From: an uncultured delta proteobacterium
Lineage (GTDB): Bacteria; Myxococcota_A; UBA9160; SMWR01
NCBI GenBank assembly: GCA_963832165.1
Contig: CAWHTE010000001.1
Span: 768,001 to 832,000 of the forward strand
DNA: 64,000 nucleotides
Direction of reading: 5' to 3'
In this document: positions 27,456 to 37,603 of the stretch, piece by piece
Numbering within the stretch: position 1 is the first letter of the stretch
Layout of the letters: each line of letters starts with the position of its first letter
Made by a program: the position numbers and the translations under genes
The notes under the pieces: generated by a model
The model's database searches: none
What the model saw: the letters and a program-made list of their open reading frames with translations, nothing else
Told to the model about the DNA's origin: nothing

Positions 27456-29714
27456 ATGGCCGGAGTCGAGCCCGCGATCCGCCGTCCCGGCCTCACGCTG
27501 TCGCGTTATGTGGCCCGCGAGGCATTGGGCCCGATCGCGATCGCGGTCGCCGGCCTCACGATCGTCGTGCTCACGCGCGATCTGATCGGTTTCACCGAGC
27601 TCGTACTGAATCGCGGCGTCGGCGCGCTCGAGATGGGTCGCATCACGTTCTTCGAGGCGGTGCAGGTCGCGACCCTGGTGCTGCCGTTCGCGGGGTTGAT
27701 CGGTGCGCTCGTCGCGCTCGGCCGCCTCGGTGCCGACAACGAGATCCTCGCGATCGAGTCGGCGGGCGTGAGCGCGGCGCGCCTGTCTGGGCCGATCGGA
27801 CGGCTCGCCGTGTTGCTCGCGCTCGTGGCCGGATCGCTCTCGCTGTTCGCCGCGCCCGCGGCGCAGCGCGGACTCGAGAGCGCGCTCGCCCGCATCGCGC
27901 GCGATCAGCCGTGGACCCAGATCCGCGCGGGCACGGTGAACCGCTTCGGCGGTTGGCAGCTCGAGGCGAAAGAGGTGACAGCGAGGGGCGACGAGCTGGA
28001 GGGCATCCTGCTCTGGGTGCCCGACATCGAGGAGACGATCTTCGCGCGCAGCGGAAGAGTCGGCGCGGGCGGCAACGGATCGCTCCAGCTCGAGCTCGAC
28101 CACGGGATCCTCGTGCTCTCGCCCGCACTCGGCCCGCGGCAGTTCCGCTTCGACCGCCTCCAGACCGTGCTGCCCAAGAGCGACGAGCCCGGGCCCTGGA
28201 AGCCGACCGATCCGTTCCGGGGCCACTCGCTCCGTTCGCTCCACGCGGCGCTCGACGACGGCGATCGCACGCTCTCCGACGGGGCGAGGCGCGAGTGGCA
28301 CCGGCGCTTCGCGACACCCGTGACCGCAGTGCTGCTCGGCCTGCTCGCTGCGCCGCTGTTCCTGACCCGCGGCCACTTCTCGCGCGCGGGCGGTTCCGTA
28401 CTCGGCATCGCCGTCACGGTCGCGACGTTCGCGCTGGCCCAGCTCGGCGAAGGGCTCACGCAGGCGGGCGTGACCGGGATCGCGAGCGGCGTCTGGCTGC
28501 CGAATGCCGTGCTCGCGACGCTGGCCGCGATCTCGTTCTGGCACGCGCGCCGGGAGGGGGTGTTGCGGCGCTCGCTCGACCGGCTGCGCGGTCGCACGCT
28601 GGCGGCGCTGCCGGGACGGCGGCCCAGCAAGACCCGTCGCCGCGCGCTCGACCGCTACGTCGCCTCGCGCTTCATCCAGCTCGTCACGCTCGCGTTCGGC
28701 GCGATCCTGACCGCGTACCTGATGGTCGACGTGATGGAGCGCCTCGACTGGTTCGCGCGCTACGGCGCGACCGGCGAAGAGGTGGTGCGATTCTACGCCG
28801 CGCGCATCCCACTGCTCGCCTCGCGCGTGGTGCCGATGGCGCTCATGGTCGGGAGCGCGTTGATCGCGAGCCTGCTCGCCGTCGAGGGCGAGCTGACCGG
28901 GATGCGCGCGTGCGGGATTCCGGCGATCCGCGCGATGGTCTCGGTGCTCGTGATCTCGGTGTTGGTGACTCCGCTCTACTTCCTGCTGCGCAACGAGGTG
29001 GTGCCGCGCACGAACGCGATCGCCGATCAGCTCAAGCAGACGGAGATCAAGGCGGACTACTACCTGCGCCTCGCGGAGAGCCGCAAGACCGCGATGTGGC
29101 ACCACGTCGGATCGCAGGTGATCGAGGCCGCGCGCTTCGACCTCGAGAGCGGCGACGCGGTGGACATCACGGTCTACGACCTCGGCGAAGACGGCCTGCC
29201 CGTGAGCCGCGCCGACGCGCGCGCGGCGCGCCACGTCGGCGGCGGCATCTGGCGGCTGCTCGATCCCACGCGCCTCGAGCTCACCAGCGATCACGTCGCG
29301 CGCGTTCCCGCGCGCACGTACGCGGAGCTCGGGAACGAGTTCTCGCGCGAGCTCGACCCGATGCATCTCTCGCTCGGCGAGCTCGCGCACGAGATCGAGA
29401 TGGTGGCTGCCGAGGGATACGACCCGCGCGCGCTGCGCGTCGACTACTACGTGAAGATATCCGAGGCGTTCGCGTGCATCGTGCTGCCGTTCTCGGTGCT
29501 GCTGTTCTCGGTCCTGGGTCCGCCGTTCGCTCCCCCCGCGCAGACGCTGCTCGTGTCCGGGATCCTCGTGGTCGCGCACGTGCTCCTGACCGGCGTCGGC
29601 ACCTCGCTCGGCTACAGCGGCGCGCTGCCGCCCGTGATGGCGGGCTGGCTGCCGAACGGCCTGTTCGCGGGCTACGTCGCGGCGATGGCCGCTCGACTCT
29701 GGAAGCAGATGTGA
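27456..29714 (+). CDS. Fused LptF-LptG (YjgP/YjgQ) permease
   Basis: Two complete permease repeats: LSRYVARE...LGRLGADNEILAIESAG...WLPNAVL and LDRYVASRF...EGELTGMRACGI...WLPNGLF. Confidence 0.9.
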   Translation: MAGVEPAIRRPGLTLSRYVAREALGPIAIAVAGLTIVVLTRDLIGFTELVLNRGVGALEMGRITFFEAVQVATLVLPFAGLIGALVALGRLGADNEILAIESAGVSAARLSGPIGRLAVLLALVAGSLSLFAAPAAQRGLESALARIARDQPWTQIRAGTVNRFGGWQLEAKEVTARGDELEGILLWVPDIEETIFARSGRVGAGGNGSLQLELDHGILVLSPALGPRQFRFDRLQTVLPKSDEPGPWKPTDPFRGHSLRSLHAALDDGDRTLSDGARREWHRRFATPVTAVLLGLLAAPLFLTRGHFSRAGGSVLGIAVTVATFALAQLGEGLTQAGVTGIASGVWLPNAVLATLAAISFWHARREGVLRRSLDRLRGRTLAALPGRRPSKTRRRALDRYVASRFIQLVTLAFGAILTAYLMVDVMERLDWFARYGATGEEVVRFYAARIPLLASRVVPMALMVGSALIASLLAVEGELTGMRACGIPAIRAMVSVLVISVLVTPLYFLLRNEVVPRTNAIADQLKQTEIKADYYLRLAESRKTAMWHHVGSQVIEAARFDLESGDAVDITVYDLGEDGLPVSRADARAARHVGGGIWRLLDPTRLELTSDHVARVPARTYAELGNEFSRELDPMHLSLGELAHEIEMVAAEGYDPRALRVDYYVKISEAFACIVLPFSVLLFSVLGPPFAPPAQTLLVSGILVVAHVLLTGVGTSLGYSGALPPVMAGWLPNGLFAGYVAAMAARLWKQM

Positions 29715-32477
29715 TTCGCGCGTTCGCGGGCCTCGCGCTCGCGCTCGCGGGAACCGTCGCCGGCACAGCGCGCGCAGAGCTCGTCGCGGCGCAGATCACG
29801 CCCGAGAGCGCCGCGCGGCTATCGATCGGCGGACCCGATGCGATCGGCGGAGTCGGCGACTGGTGGCTCGCCAACGACGTCGTCGAGGTGGTGATCGACG
29901 ACGTCGCGAGAGCGTTCGGCATCTCGACCCATGGCGGCACCGTGGTCGACTTCGGCCTGCGCGACCGCTCGGGCGAGGATCAGTTCGCGCGGCTCTCGCC
30001 GATCGTGAACCTCTCGCAACGCGTGGTCGTGGGCTACCGATCGATTCGCGCCGAGGTCGACCCGCAGCGCCGCTTCGCTCGCATCATCGCGACGAGCCCT
30101 GGGCTGCGCACACTGCCGCGCGGCTCGCGCTGGGCGCGCGCGCTCGATCCGCTCGTGCCCGATGCCGAGCAGGTGTCGGCCGTGCGCGTCGAGACGGTCT
30201 ACGAGCTGCGGCCGGGGGAGCCGTTCGTGCGCATCGAGACTGCGCTCACGAATGCGGGAAGCATCCCCGCACCCGTCTTCGCATTCGGCGACGTCTGGAT
30301 GCGCGGCGGCCGCGGCGGCCGTGGCTACACGGGGGACGTTCTGGTTCCCGAGCGCACGCGCGGCTTCTCCGTGCGCGACATGTCGAGCAACATCCAGCGC
30401 TCGCTGGCCGCGCTCGCGACCTTCACGCACGCCGCGCTGCTCGGCAGCGCCGGGCTTCCGCCGATCGCCTACGCACTCTACGCGCCCGATCGCGCCGCGC
30501 GCGGCCTGCCGCTGTACGGGATCGCGGGCGAGCACGCGACGCTCGTCTTCGGCCTGATCGGCGACCCGCCGGTCGCCGAGCTCGGCGTGATCTCGCTCGC
30601 ACGCGCGATGTTTCGCGAGCTGGCGCCGGGCGAGACGTGGCGTTGGCAGCGGCGCCTGCGTGCGGCGGGTCGGAACGATCTCTCCGCCGTGGACGGCGCG
30701 ATCCGGCGCGAGCTCGGCGATGAGCCCGACGGCGGCGTCGAGGGACGCGTCGCCGTCGCCGGCCGGCGCGCCGTGGTGTTGGTCGACACGCCGGAAGGCG
30801 CGACGGTCACGGAGATCGGCGTCGACCCGGAGACCGGCGCGTTCCGCGCCGCGCTGCCGCCCGGTGACTACAGCGCTCTGCTGCGCATCGAAGCCGGCGA
30901 GCCGCAGCGCCGCGCGCTGCGCGTCGATGCGGGGCGCAGCGCTGCGCTCGCGTTCGATGCGCCGCCCGCGCCCGCGCGCCTCGCGTTCGAGCCCGCGTTC
31001 GCCGATCGCGGTCCCGGTCGCATCGAGATCCGCGGGCGCGACGGCACGCCCGATCCCGTGTTCGGAGACGATCTGCTCGGCGCGTCCCTCGACGGCGGAA
31101 GATCGCTGCCGAGCGGCAGCGCGTCGTCGTGCGGTGGCCTTCCTGGGCAACGACCGCGACCCGCGCGAGGTGGCGCTCGCGCCGGGCCGCTACCAGCTCG
31201 TGGCCACGCGCGGATTCGATTGGCAGGTCGCGTCGCAGGAAGTCGAGCTGCGCGGTCCGGGCGCGCGCGCGGTGATCGAGCCGTTCACGCTGCGGCCACT
31301 CGCGCCGATTCCGGGATTCGTCACGGCCGACCTGCACGTGCACGGCGAGGCCAGCGACGATTCGCAGGCGAGCAACGTCGATCGCCTGCGGCGCTTCGTC
31401 GCCGAGGGCGTGGACGTGCTGGTGGCGACCGATCACGACCACGTCGCGAACTACGAGCCGGCGCTCGCGCGCCTGCACCTCGCGGGCCGCGTGCGCGTGG
31501 TGCACGGCGTGGAGGTGACGGGCAGCGGGCCGAGCGCGGCCGCGCTCTGGACGATCGGGCACCACAACGCGTGGCCGATCCCGTATCGGCCACACGCGCA
31601 CCGGCATGGCGCGCCGCCGAGCCAGAACCGCGCCGTCGGTGCGCTCTACGCCGAGCTGCGCCGCTCGTACGGCGCGCGCGTGGTGCAGCTGAATCACCCG
31701 CGGCCGACGCCGAAGAACATCGAAGACGGCGACCGGAACCTCGCGTTCTTCGAGCACCAGGGCGAGGGGCACGCGTTCGACCCGCGTCTTCCGCTCGCCG
31801 CGTCAGAGAACGAGCCGCTCGTGCGGGGCACCGGCGCCGACGGCACGCGCGCGATCGACTTCGATGCGATCGAGATCGCGAACGGAGATTCGTGGCCGCA
31901 ATATCTCGCGACGCGCGCGGACTGGTATGCGCTGCTGCGCCAGGGCGTGCGGCGCACCGCCACTGCGAACTCCGACAGTCACGCGCCCGCAGAGCTGATC
32001 GCCTATCCGCGCAACTACGTGCAGGTGGGGGTCGAGCGCGGGGATCCCGAGCAGTTCGACGCCGCGTTGCGCGCGGGGCGCAGCTTCGGCACCACCGGGC
32101 CGCGCGTGCGGATGCTGCGGGTGAACGGCGGATCGCTCGGAGACCTGGTCCCGGCCGAGCGCGGCCGGGTGCGGGTCGAGTACGAGGTCGACGGCGCGGG
32201 CTGGGTACCGATCGACGAGGTGCGGATCCTCGTGAACGGCGTGGTCGCGCACGCGGGTCCCGAGCGCGTGGGAATCGCCGATCTCGCGTTCAAGCGCGAC
32301 GGCTTCGTGACGCTCGAGGTCGGAGCACCGCTCGACGCCGATCCCGCCGAATGGATGCGCGCGCACCCGGGGCTCTACACCGAGGTGATCGCGCCCGGCT
32401 TCGTCTCCGCCGCGTTCACCAATCCCGTGTTCGTCGACGTGGACGGGAATGGCCGCTTCGATCCGCCGGGGCTGTAG
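29711..32477 (+). CDS. Secreted CehA/McbA-type PHP metallohydrolase; frameshift near 31130
   Basis: GTG overlaps LptFG stop; signal peptide; GGVGDWWLANDVV; then ADLHVH, ATDHD, GHHNAWP, QLNHPR, IEIANG, ANSDSH in a second frame. Confidence 0.82.
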
Positions 32478-32478
32478 C

Positions 32479-32517
32479 GGCGGGATCCGCTCGCTTCGCT
32501 CGCTGCTCCCGCCCTAC
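32479..32517. repeat. GTAG-family REP element (same family as 15684-15753)
   Basis: GGCGGGATCC..GCTTCGCT..CTCCCGCCCTAC between convergent genes. Confidence 0.8.
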
Positions 32518-33323
32518 TACTTCCCCTCGAACTCGGGCGACTGTTTGGTGGCCATCGCCTTGTAGCCCAGCGCCATGTCGTCGGAGGTGAACAGCGGGGC
32601 GGCACTCGCGGCCTCGAAGCGCAGCGCTTCGGCGAGGCCCTGGTGCGCGCGATAGTTGATCGTGCGTTTGATCGCCTGCACCGCGAGCGGCGCATTGGCG
32701 GCGATCTCGAGGCCGAGCGCGCGCACGTGGTCCTGCAGTGCGTCGCGCGGCACCACCTCCTGGACGATGCCGAGCCGCAGTGCGGTCTCGGCGTCGATCC
32801 GGCGCCCCGTGAACGCGAGCAGCCGCGTCGCGCCCGCGCCGATCTCGGTGATCAAGCGCAGGTCGCCACCCGCGTCGATCGAGACGCCGACCTTGGGCTC
32901 GGGCAGCGCGAAGCGCGCGTCGTCCGCGGCGATCCGGATGTCCCCCATCATCGCCACCTCGAGCCCGGCGCCGAGGCAGTAGCCTTGGATCGCCACGATC
33001 ACGGGCTGCGGCAGCTCGGCGAGCAGGTGGAAGCGCTCGTGCACCCAGCGGAAGCGCTCGAAGTAGTTGCGCGTCTTCTCGGCGGGCGAGCGGCCCGTGA
33101 TGCGGTCCTCGGGCATGCCGAGGTCGACGCCCGCACAGAACGCGCGGCCTTCGGCGCGCACGATCACGGCGCGGATGTCGTCGTCGAAACGCAGGCGCTC
33201 CGCGTGCGCGGTGATCTGGCGCGCCGACTCCCAGCTCCACGCGTTGAGCTTGTCGGGGTGATTCAACACGATCCACGCGAGCGGAGGCTCGCGGACGAGG
33301 TCGATCAGGGGTCGGTCGCTCAT
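32517..33323 (-). CDS. Enoyl-CoA hydratase/isomerase
   Basis: LNHPDKLNA, AFCAGVDL, IQGYCLGAGLE, FALPE. Confidence 0.9.
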   Translation of the reverse strand: MSDRPLIDLVREPPLAWIVLNHPDKLNAWSWESARQITAHAERLRFDDDIRAVIVRAEGRAFCAGVDLGMPEDRITGRSPAEKTRNYFERFRWVHERFHLLAELPQPVIVAIQGYCLGAGLEVAMMGDIRIAADDARFALPEPKVGVSIDAGGDLRLITEIGAGATRLLAFTGRRIDAETALRLGIVQEVVPRDALQDHVRALGLEIAANAPLAVQAIKRTINYRAHQGLAEALRFEAASAAPLFTSDDMALGYKAMATKQSPEFEGK

Positions 33324-33443
33324 TGGGCCCCATGCTAGCTCGCGCAGGGGCTTGCCTTTCGCCCGCATTCGCGTGCCGATCTTTCGCCTTGCGTGGCCGG
33401 AGGGGGGCCCATAGGATGGGAGCTCCATTTTCCAGGAGCCGAC

Positions 33444-33755
33444 ATGCGCGTCGTGGGAACCGTGGTCGAGGAAGAATCGGGCAAGCCGCTCGCAGGCCTC
33501 ATCGTGCGCGCGTACGACAAGGATCTCATCTTCGACGATGACCTCGGTTCGGTTCCGACGAACGCGAATGGCGAGTTCGAGATCTCCTACACCGAGACCC
33601 AGTTCCGCGATTTCAACGAGACCCAGCCCGATCTCTACGTGAAGGTCTTCGACGCGAGCGGGAAGACGGTCCTGCACAGCACCAAGAAGCAGCTGCGCCA
33701 GGCCCAGATCCTGGAGCGCTACGAGATCCGGATCCCGCGCGCCAAGCTCGCCTAG
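33444..33755 (+). CDS. Small transthyretin/carboxypeptidase-regulatory-like domain protein
   Basis: AGGAG RBS; GKPLAGLIVRAYDKDLIFDDDLG..TNANGEFEI..PDLYVKVFD. Confidence 0.75.
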   Translation: MRVVGTVVEEESGKPLAGLIVRAYDKDLIFDDDLGSVPTNANGEFEISYTETQFRDFNETQPDLYVKVFDASGKTVLHSTKKQLRQAQILERYEIRIPRAKLA

Positions 33756-33768
33756 GCCCTCGAATCGC

Positions 33769-34638
33769 CTAGCCCTCGAACGGGCCCTTGCCGAGCTGCT
33801 CCCGGATCGGCACGAACTCGGGCATGAGCATCGCGCGGCGCTGCCAGTTCGCGCCGTCTACCACGAGCGTGTGGCCGCTGATGTAGGCGGCATAACGCGA
33901 GGCGAGGAAGGTGGCTGCGAAGCCGAGTTCGTGCGGGTAGCCCACGCGCCCCGCCGGTGAACGCGCGCCATCGTTCTTGCGGCGTTCGGGGACCGATCGG
34001 ATCGCCTGGGTCTCGTCGTCGTGAGGGAACAGGCCCGGCACGATCCCGTTCACGCGAATGCCGTAGGGTCCCCACTCGACCGCGAGCGTCTCGGTCAGAT
34101 TCTTCACGCCGGCCTTGGCGGCCGCTGAGTGCGCGAACCCGGGCCCGCCGGTCCACGCATACGAGGCGCCCACGTTGATGATCGAGCCCGGCGTGCCCGC
34201 GGCGATGTGCCGCCGCCCGAATTCGCGCGAGCAGAGGAACGTGCCCGAGAGCACGATTTCCACGACCGCGCGCCACGCGTTCGGGCTCATGTCCTCGGCC
34301 GGCACCGGAAAGTTTCCCGCGGCGTTGTTGAGCAGCACGTCGGGCAGGCCGAGCACCTCCGTGATGCGATCGAACGCCGCGGTGACCGATTCCGGCTTGC
34401 GCACGTCCGTGCCGACCGCGAGCGCGCGCGCGCCGGTCGCTTCGATCGCGGCGACGCCCGCGGCGAGGTGCTCTTCGCTGCGCGATGCGATCGCGACCGC
34501 GGCGCCGAGCCGCGCGAACTCGACCGCCATCGCCTTGCCGAGCCCGGTGCCGCCGCCCGTCACCATCACGACCTGGCCGTCATAGCTGCCGTCGGGCAAC
34601 GCCTTCGCGCCGAGCGGCGGGGGTTCCGGAAGACCCAT
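33769..34638 (-). CDS. SDR, 2,4-dienoyl-CoA reductase-like
   Basis: TGGGTGLG, NNAAGNF, HSAAAKAGV, LAVEWG; GGAGG RBS. Confidence 0.9.
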   Translation of the reverse strand: MGLPEPPPLGAKALPDGSYDGQVVMVTGGGTGLGKAMAVEFARLGAAVAIASRSEEHLAAGVAAIEATGARALAVGTDVRKPESVTAAFDRITEVLGLPDVLLNNAAGNFPVPAEDMSPNAWRAVVEIVLSGTFLCSREFGRRHIAAGTPGSIINVGASYAWTGGPGFAHSAAAKAGVKNLTETLAVEWGPYGIRVNGIVPGLFPHDDETQAIRSVPERRKNDGARSPAGRVGYPHELGFAATFLASRYAAYISGHTLVVDGANWQRRAMLMPEFVPIREQLGKGPFEG

Positions 34639-34705
34639 GTCTGTTCCTCCCGAACGCGGTGTAGCGCAAGTCCGCGTGGTAGCGTTGCGCGCCACGGAGG
34701 CGATC

Positions 34706-35515
34706 GTGGAACCGGGATCCCGCGAGCTCGGCACGGATCAGGTGTTGTGCCGCGTCGAGGAGCGCGTCGCCGTGGTGACGCTGAACCGCCCCGAGGCGCG
34801 CAACGCGTTGACGCACGAGATCAAGGAGGCGCTGCGCGCGTTGATCCCCGCGCTCGGCGACGATCCCGACGTGGGCTGCGTGCTGCTCACGGGTGCCGGC
34901 GGCGCGTTCTGCGCGGGCGGCGACACGAAAGTGATGGCCGAAGGACCGCCGCCCGAGCGCGAGCCGCGCGTGCGGATGCTGCGCCGCGAGCACGAGGTTC
35001 CCGCGGCGATCCATCGGCTCGCAAAGCCCGTGATCGCGGCCCTGCCGGGACCCGCCGCGGGCGCGGGGCTCGCACTCGCGCTCTCGTGCGACCTGCGCAT
35101 CTTCGCCGAGAGCGCGTTCGTGACCACCGCCTACGCGCGGCTCGGGCTCTCGGGCGACTATGGCGCGAGCTGGTTCCTCACGCGGCTGGTCGGTCCCGCG
35201 CTCGCGCGCGAGTTCATGTTCACGGGCAAGCGACTCGATGCGCGCGAATGCGCGCGCCTCGGCCTCGCCAACCGCGTGGTGCCGGACGATGCGATCGAGC
35301 GCGAGTCGTTCGCGTGGGCGCGCGAGATCGCGGCGGGACCGCCGATCGCGCTGCGCTACATGAAGGAGAATCTGAACCGCGCGCTGATCGCCGATCTCCA
35401 GTCGTGTCTCGACACGGAGGCCGAGCGGATGGTCGCGGGTGCGTTCACCGAAGACTACGTCGAGGCGGTGAAGGCGTTCACCGAGAAGCGGCCTCCGAAG
35501 TTTCGCGGCCGCTAG
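34706..35515 (+). CDS. Enoyl-CoA hydratase/isomerase
   Basis: LNRPEARNAL, AFCAGGD, GPAAGAGLALAL, GLSGDYG; GGAGG before GTG 34706. Confidence 0.9.
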   Translation: MEPGSRELGTDQVLCRVEERVAVVTLNRPEARNALTHEIKEALRALIPALGDDPDVGCVLLTGAGGAFCAGGDTKVMAEGPPPEREPRVRMLRREHEVPAAIHRLAKPVIAALPGPAAGAGLALALSCDLRIFAESAFVTTAYARLGLSGDYGASWFLTRLVGPALAREFMFTGKRLDARECARLGLANRVVPDDAIERESFAWAREIAAGPPIALRYMKENLNRALIADLQSCLDTEAERMVAGAFTEDYVEAVKAFTEKRPPKFRGR

Positions 35516-35979
35516 CCCGCTTTCGAGCGCTCCTCGGCGCCGCGCTTCGCATACGCCTCGAGGTGGTCCGACAGATCGCCCGCGAACGCGACGAAGCCGT
35601 GTAGCGCCGCGGGATCGAAGCCCTCCCAGACCGCGGTGATCGCGCGCTCGCGCCCGCGGCGCAAGCGCTCGAGCACGCGGCGTCCGTCGGCGGTGAGCCG
35701 GTAGCGGCGCTGGCGCGCATCGCCGGTCGCGATCTGGGTGGTGATCCAGCCGCGGTCGAGCAGGCTGCGCAGCCCGCGCGAGATCGCCGCGGGCGAGCAG
35801 TCGCGGCTCCGCGCGAACATCGAGGGCATGAACGCTTCGTCGCCGATCTCCTCGAGCAGGCGCCACTGCGATTCGGTCACGCCCGCGCCGGCCGCGAGCT
35901 GCTGGCGGCGCACCGTGAAGAGCTCGCACAGACGCTGCAGTGCGGCGATCGCCTGATGGATCTCGGGTCGCTCTTGCAT
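35512..35979 (-). CDS. MarR family transcriptional regulator
   Basis: GVTESQWRLL, SPAAISRGLRSL, DARQRRYRLTADG. Confidence 0.88.
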   Translation of the reverse strand: MQERPEIHQAIAALQRLCELFTVRRQQLAAGAGVTESQWRLLEEIGDEAFMPSMFARSRDCSPAAISRGLRSLLDRGWITTQIATGDARQRRYRLTADGRRVLERLRRGRERAITAVWEGFDPAALHGFVAFAGDLSDHLEAYAKRGAEERSKAG

Positions 35980-35980
35980 G

Positions 35981-36002
35981 ATATTTAACTTAGGTTAAAT
36001 AT
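35981..36002. promoter_or_regulatory. Palindromic operator, probably for the adjacent MarR
   Basis: ATATTTAAC-TTAG-GTTAAATAT, perfect 9-bp arms, AT-rich in a very GC-rich background, between divergent genes. Confidence 0.75.
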
Positions 36003-36045
36003 ATACCGAACGCAAGCATCGCCCGCGCGGCGGAGGGGAGACGCG

Positions 36046-36810
36046 ATGGACCAGACCCAGGCGATCCAGGAGCGCTTCGGCGCGGCGGCCGCGGCCTACG
36101 CGGTCAGTGCGGTCCACCTCGGTGGCCCCGACCTCGATGCGATGCTCGCTGCGGGCGTCGCGACCGGACGCGAGCGCGTGCTCGACCTCGGCTGCGGGCC
36201 CGGCCACACCGCGCTCGCGTTCGCGGCTCGCGTGGCGTCGGTGGTGGCCCTCGACCTCACGCCCGCCATGCTCGATCAAGCGCGGCGCCTCGCCCGCGAG
36301 CGCGGACTCGCGAACGTGCGCTTCGAGCTCGGCAACGCGGCGCGCCTTCCGTTCCCGGACGCCAGCTTCGAGGTCGTCACGTCGCGTCTCTCGGCCCACC
36401 ACGTGGCCGAGCCCGCCGCGATGGTGAACGAGGTCGCGCGCGTGCTCGCGCCGGGCGGCGTGTTCCTGCTGAGCGACACGATCGCGCCCGAGGATCCCGC
36501 GCGCGACACGTTCATCAACGCGTTCGAGCTGCTGCGCGATCCGTCCCACGTCCGCGATCATCGGATCTCGGAGTGGCAGGCGATGTTTCGCGCAGCCGGG
36601 CTCGAGCCGAGCTGCCTCGGGCGCTTCGACATCCACCAGGAGTTCGAGCCGTGGGTGGCGCGGATCGGGACGTCACGCGACTCGGTGATCGGGCTGCGCG
36701 CGCTGTGCGACGCCGCGCCCGACGAGGTGCGCGGATACTTCGGCATCCGCGCCCACGGCGACTACGCGTTCCGGCTCGACTCGGCGGTGTTGCGCGGCGT
36801 GCGCGGGTAG
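36046..36810 (+). CDS. Class I SAM-dependent methyltransferase
   Basis: VLDLGCGPG, LPFPDASFEVV, RVLAPGG, RDPSHVR. Confidence 0.92.
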   Translation: MDQTQAIQERFGAAAAAYAVSAVHLGGPDLDAMLAAGVATGRERVLDLGCGPGHTALAFAARVASVVALDLTPAMLDQARRLARERGLANVRFELGNAARLPFPDASFEVVTSRLSAHHVAEPAAMVNEVARVLAPGGVFLLSDTIAPEDPARDTFINAFELLRDPSHVRDHRISEWQAMFRAAGLEPSCLGRFDIHQEFEPWVARIGTSRDSVIGLRALCDAAPDEVRGYFGIRAHGDYAFRLDSAVLRGVRG

Positions 36811-36817
36811 CGGCCGC

Positions 36818-37603
36818 CTACGCGGAGCGCTTCGAGCGCACGACGTAGTTGCCGCGGCTCTCGTCGTACTCGAGCTCGATCATGCCCAGCTTCTCGCCCA
36901 TCTCGAGGATCTCCGCGAACGAGCTCGCGCCGTAGTAGCCCTCGTTGAAGCCCGGATAGAGCCGCCGGATCGTCTGCTTGAGCATCGAGCCCCAGATGGT
37001 GTCGTAGTCGCGCTCGAGCGAGCGCACCGCCTCGAGCAGCTTCTCGCCGAGGTCCTCTTCCTTGCCCTCCGGGTCGGACTTCTTCCGAACCGGCACGGGC
37101 TTCTGCTTCTTCTGCTCGACCTCGCGGATCAGGTCGTCGTAGTAGATGAACTCGTCACAGCTGCCGATCAGGAGATCCGAGGTGGAGCTCTTGACCCCGC
37201 ACCCGACCACCCACTTCTGGTTCTCTTTGAGCTTCGCGGCCAGCGGCGAGAAGTCGCTGTCGCCGGAGATCAGCGCGAACGCGTCGATGTGGTTCTTCTG
37301 GTTACAGAGGTCGAGCGCGTCGACCACCATGTGGATGTCGGCGCTGTTCTTGCCGCTGGCCTTCGACTGCGGGATGTCGACGAGCTGGACGCCCTGCGTA
37401 TGGAACTCGCGCACCGCGTCGCGGTAGTTGCCCCAGTCGCAGTACGCGCGCTTGTAGACGATGCGCCCCTTCTCGAGCAGACGGCGCAGCACGAGGTCGA
37501 TCTGGAACGACCCCTTGCGCATGCGGCGAACACCGATCGCGAGGTTCTCGTAGTCGACGAAGACGGCAATCAGCGGCTCGTCGGCGAGCCGTTCAGTGGT
37601 CAC
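36818..37603 (-). CDS. NYN-domain nuclease with C-terminal LOTUS/OST-HTH
   Basis: AVFVDYEN, KRAYCDW, GKNSADIHMVVDA, ISGDSDFSPL, CDEFIYYD; PGFNEGYYGASSF. Confidence 0.9.
   Translation of the reverse strand: MTTERLADEPLIAVFVDYENLAIGVRRMRKGSFQIDLVLRRLLEKGRIVYKRAYCDWGNYRDAVREFHTQGVQLVDIPQSKASGKNSADIHMVVDALDLCNQKNHIDAFALISGDSDFSPLAAKLKENQKWVVGCGVKSSTSDLLIGSCDEFIYYDDLIREVEQKKQKPVPVRKKSDPEGKEEDLGEKLLEAVRSLERDYDTIWGSMLKQTIRRLYPGFNEGYYGASSFAEILEMGEKLGMIELEYDESRGNYVVRSKRSA

Noticed and set aside
31120..31140. Programmed frameshift in the PHP hydrolase (likewise in the sulfotransferase)
   Set aside because: No slippery heptamer; assembly error is the simpler explanation
15684..32517. REP copies as a CRISPR array or transposon ends
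   Set aside because: No regular repeat-spacer structure, cas gene, transposase or target-site duplication
27338..32590. 1750-aa ORF
   Set aside because: Mostly Arg/Ala/Gly-rich off-frame sequence; only 29711 to about 31130 is real (N-half of the PHP hydrolase)
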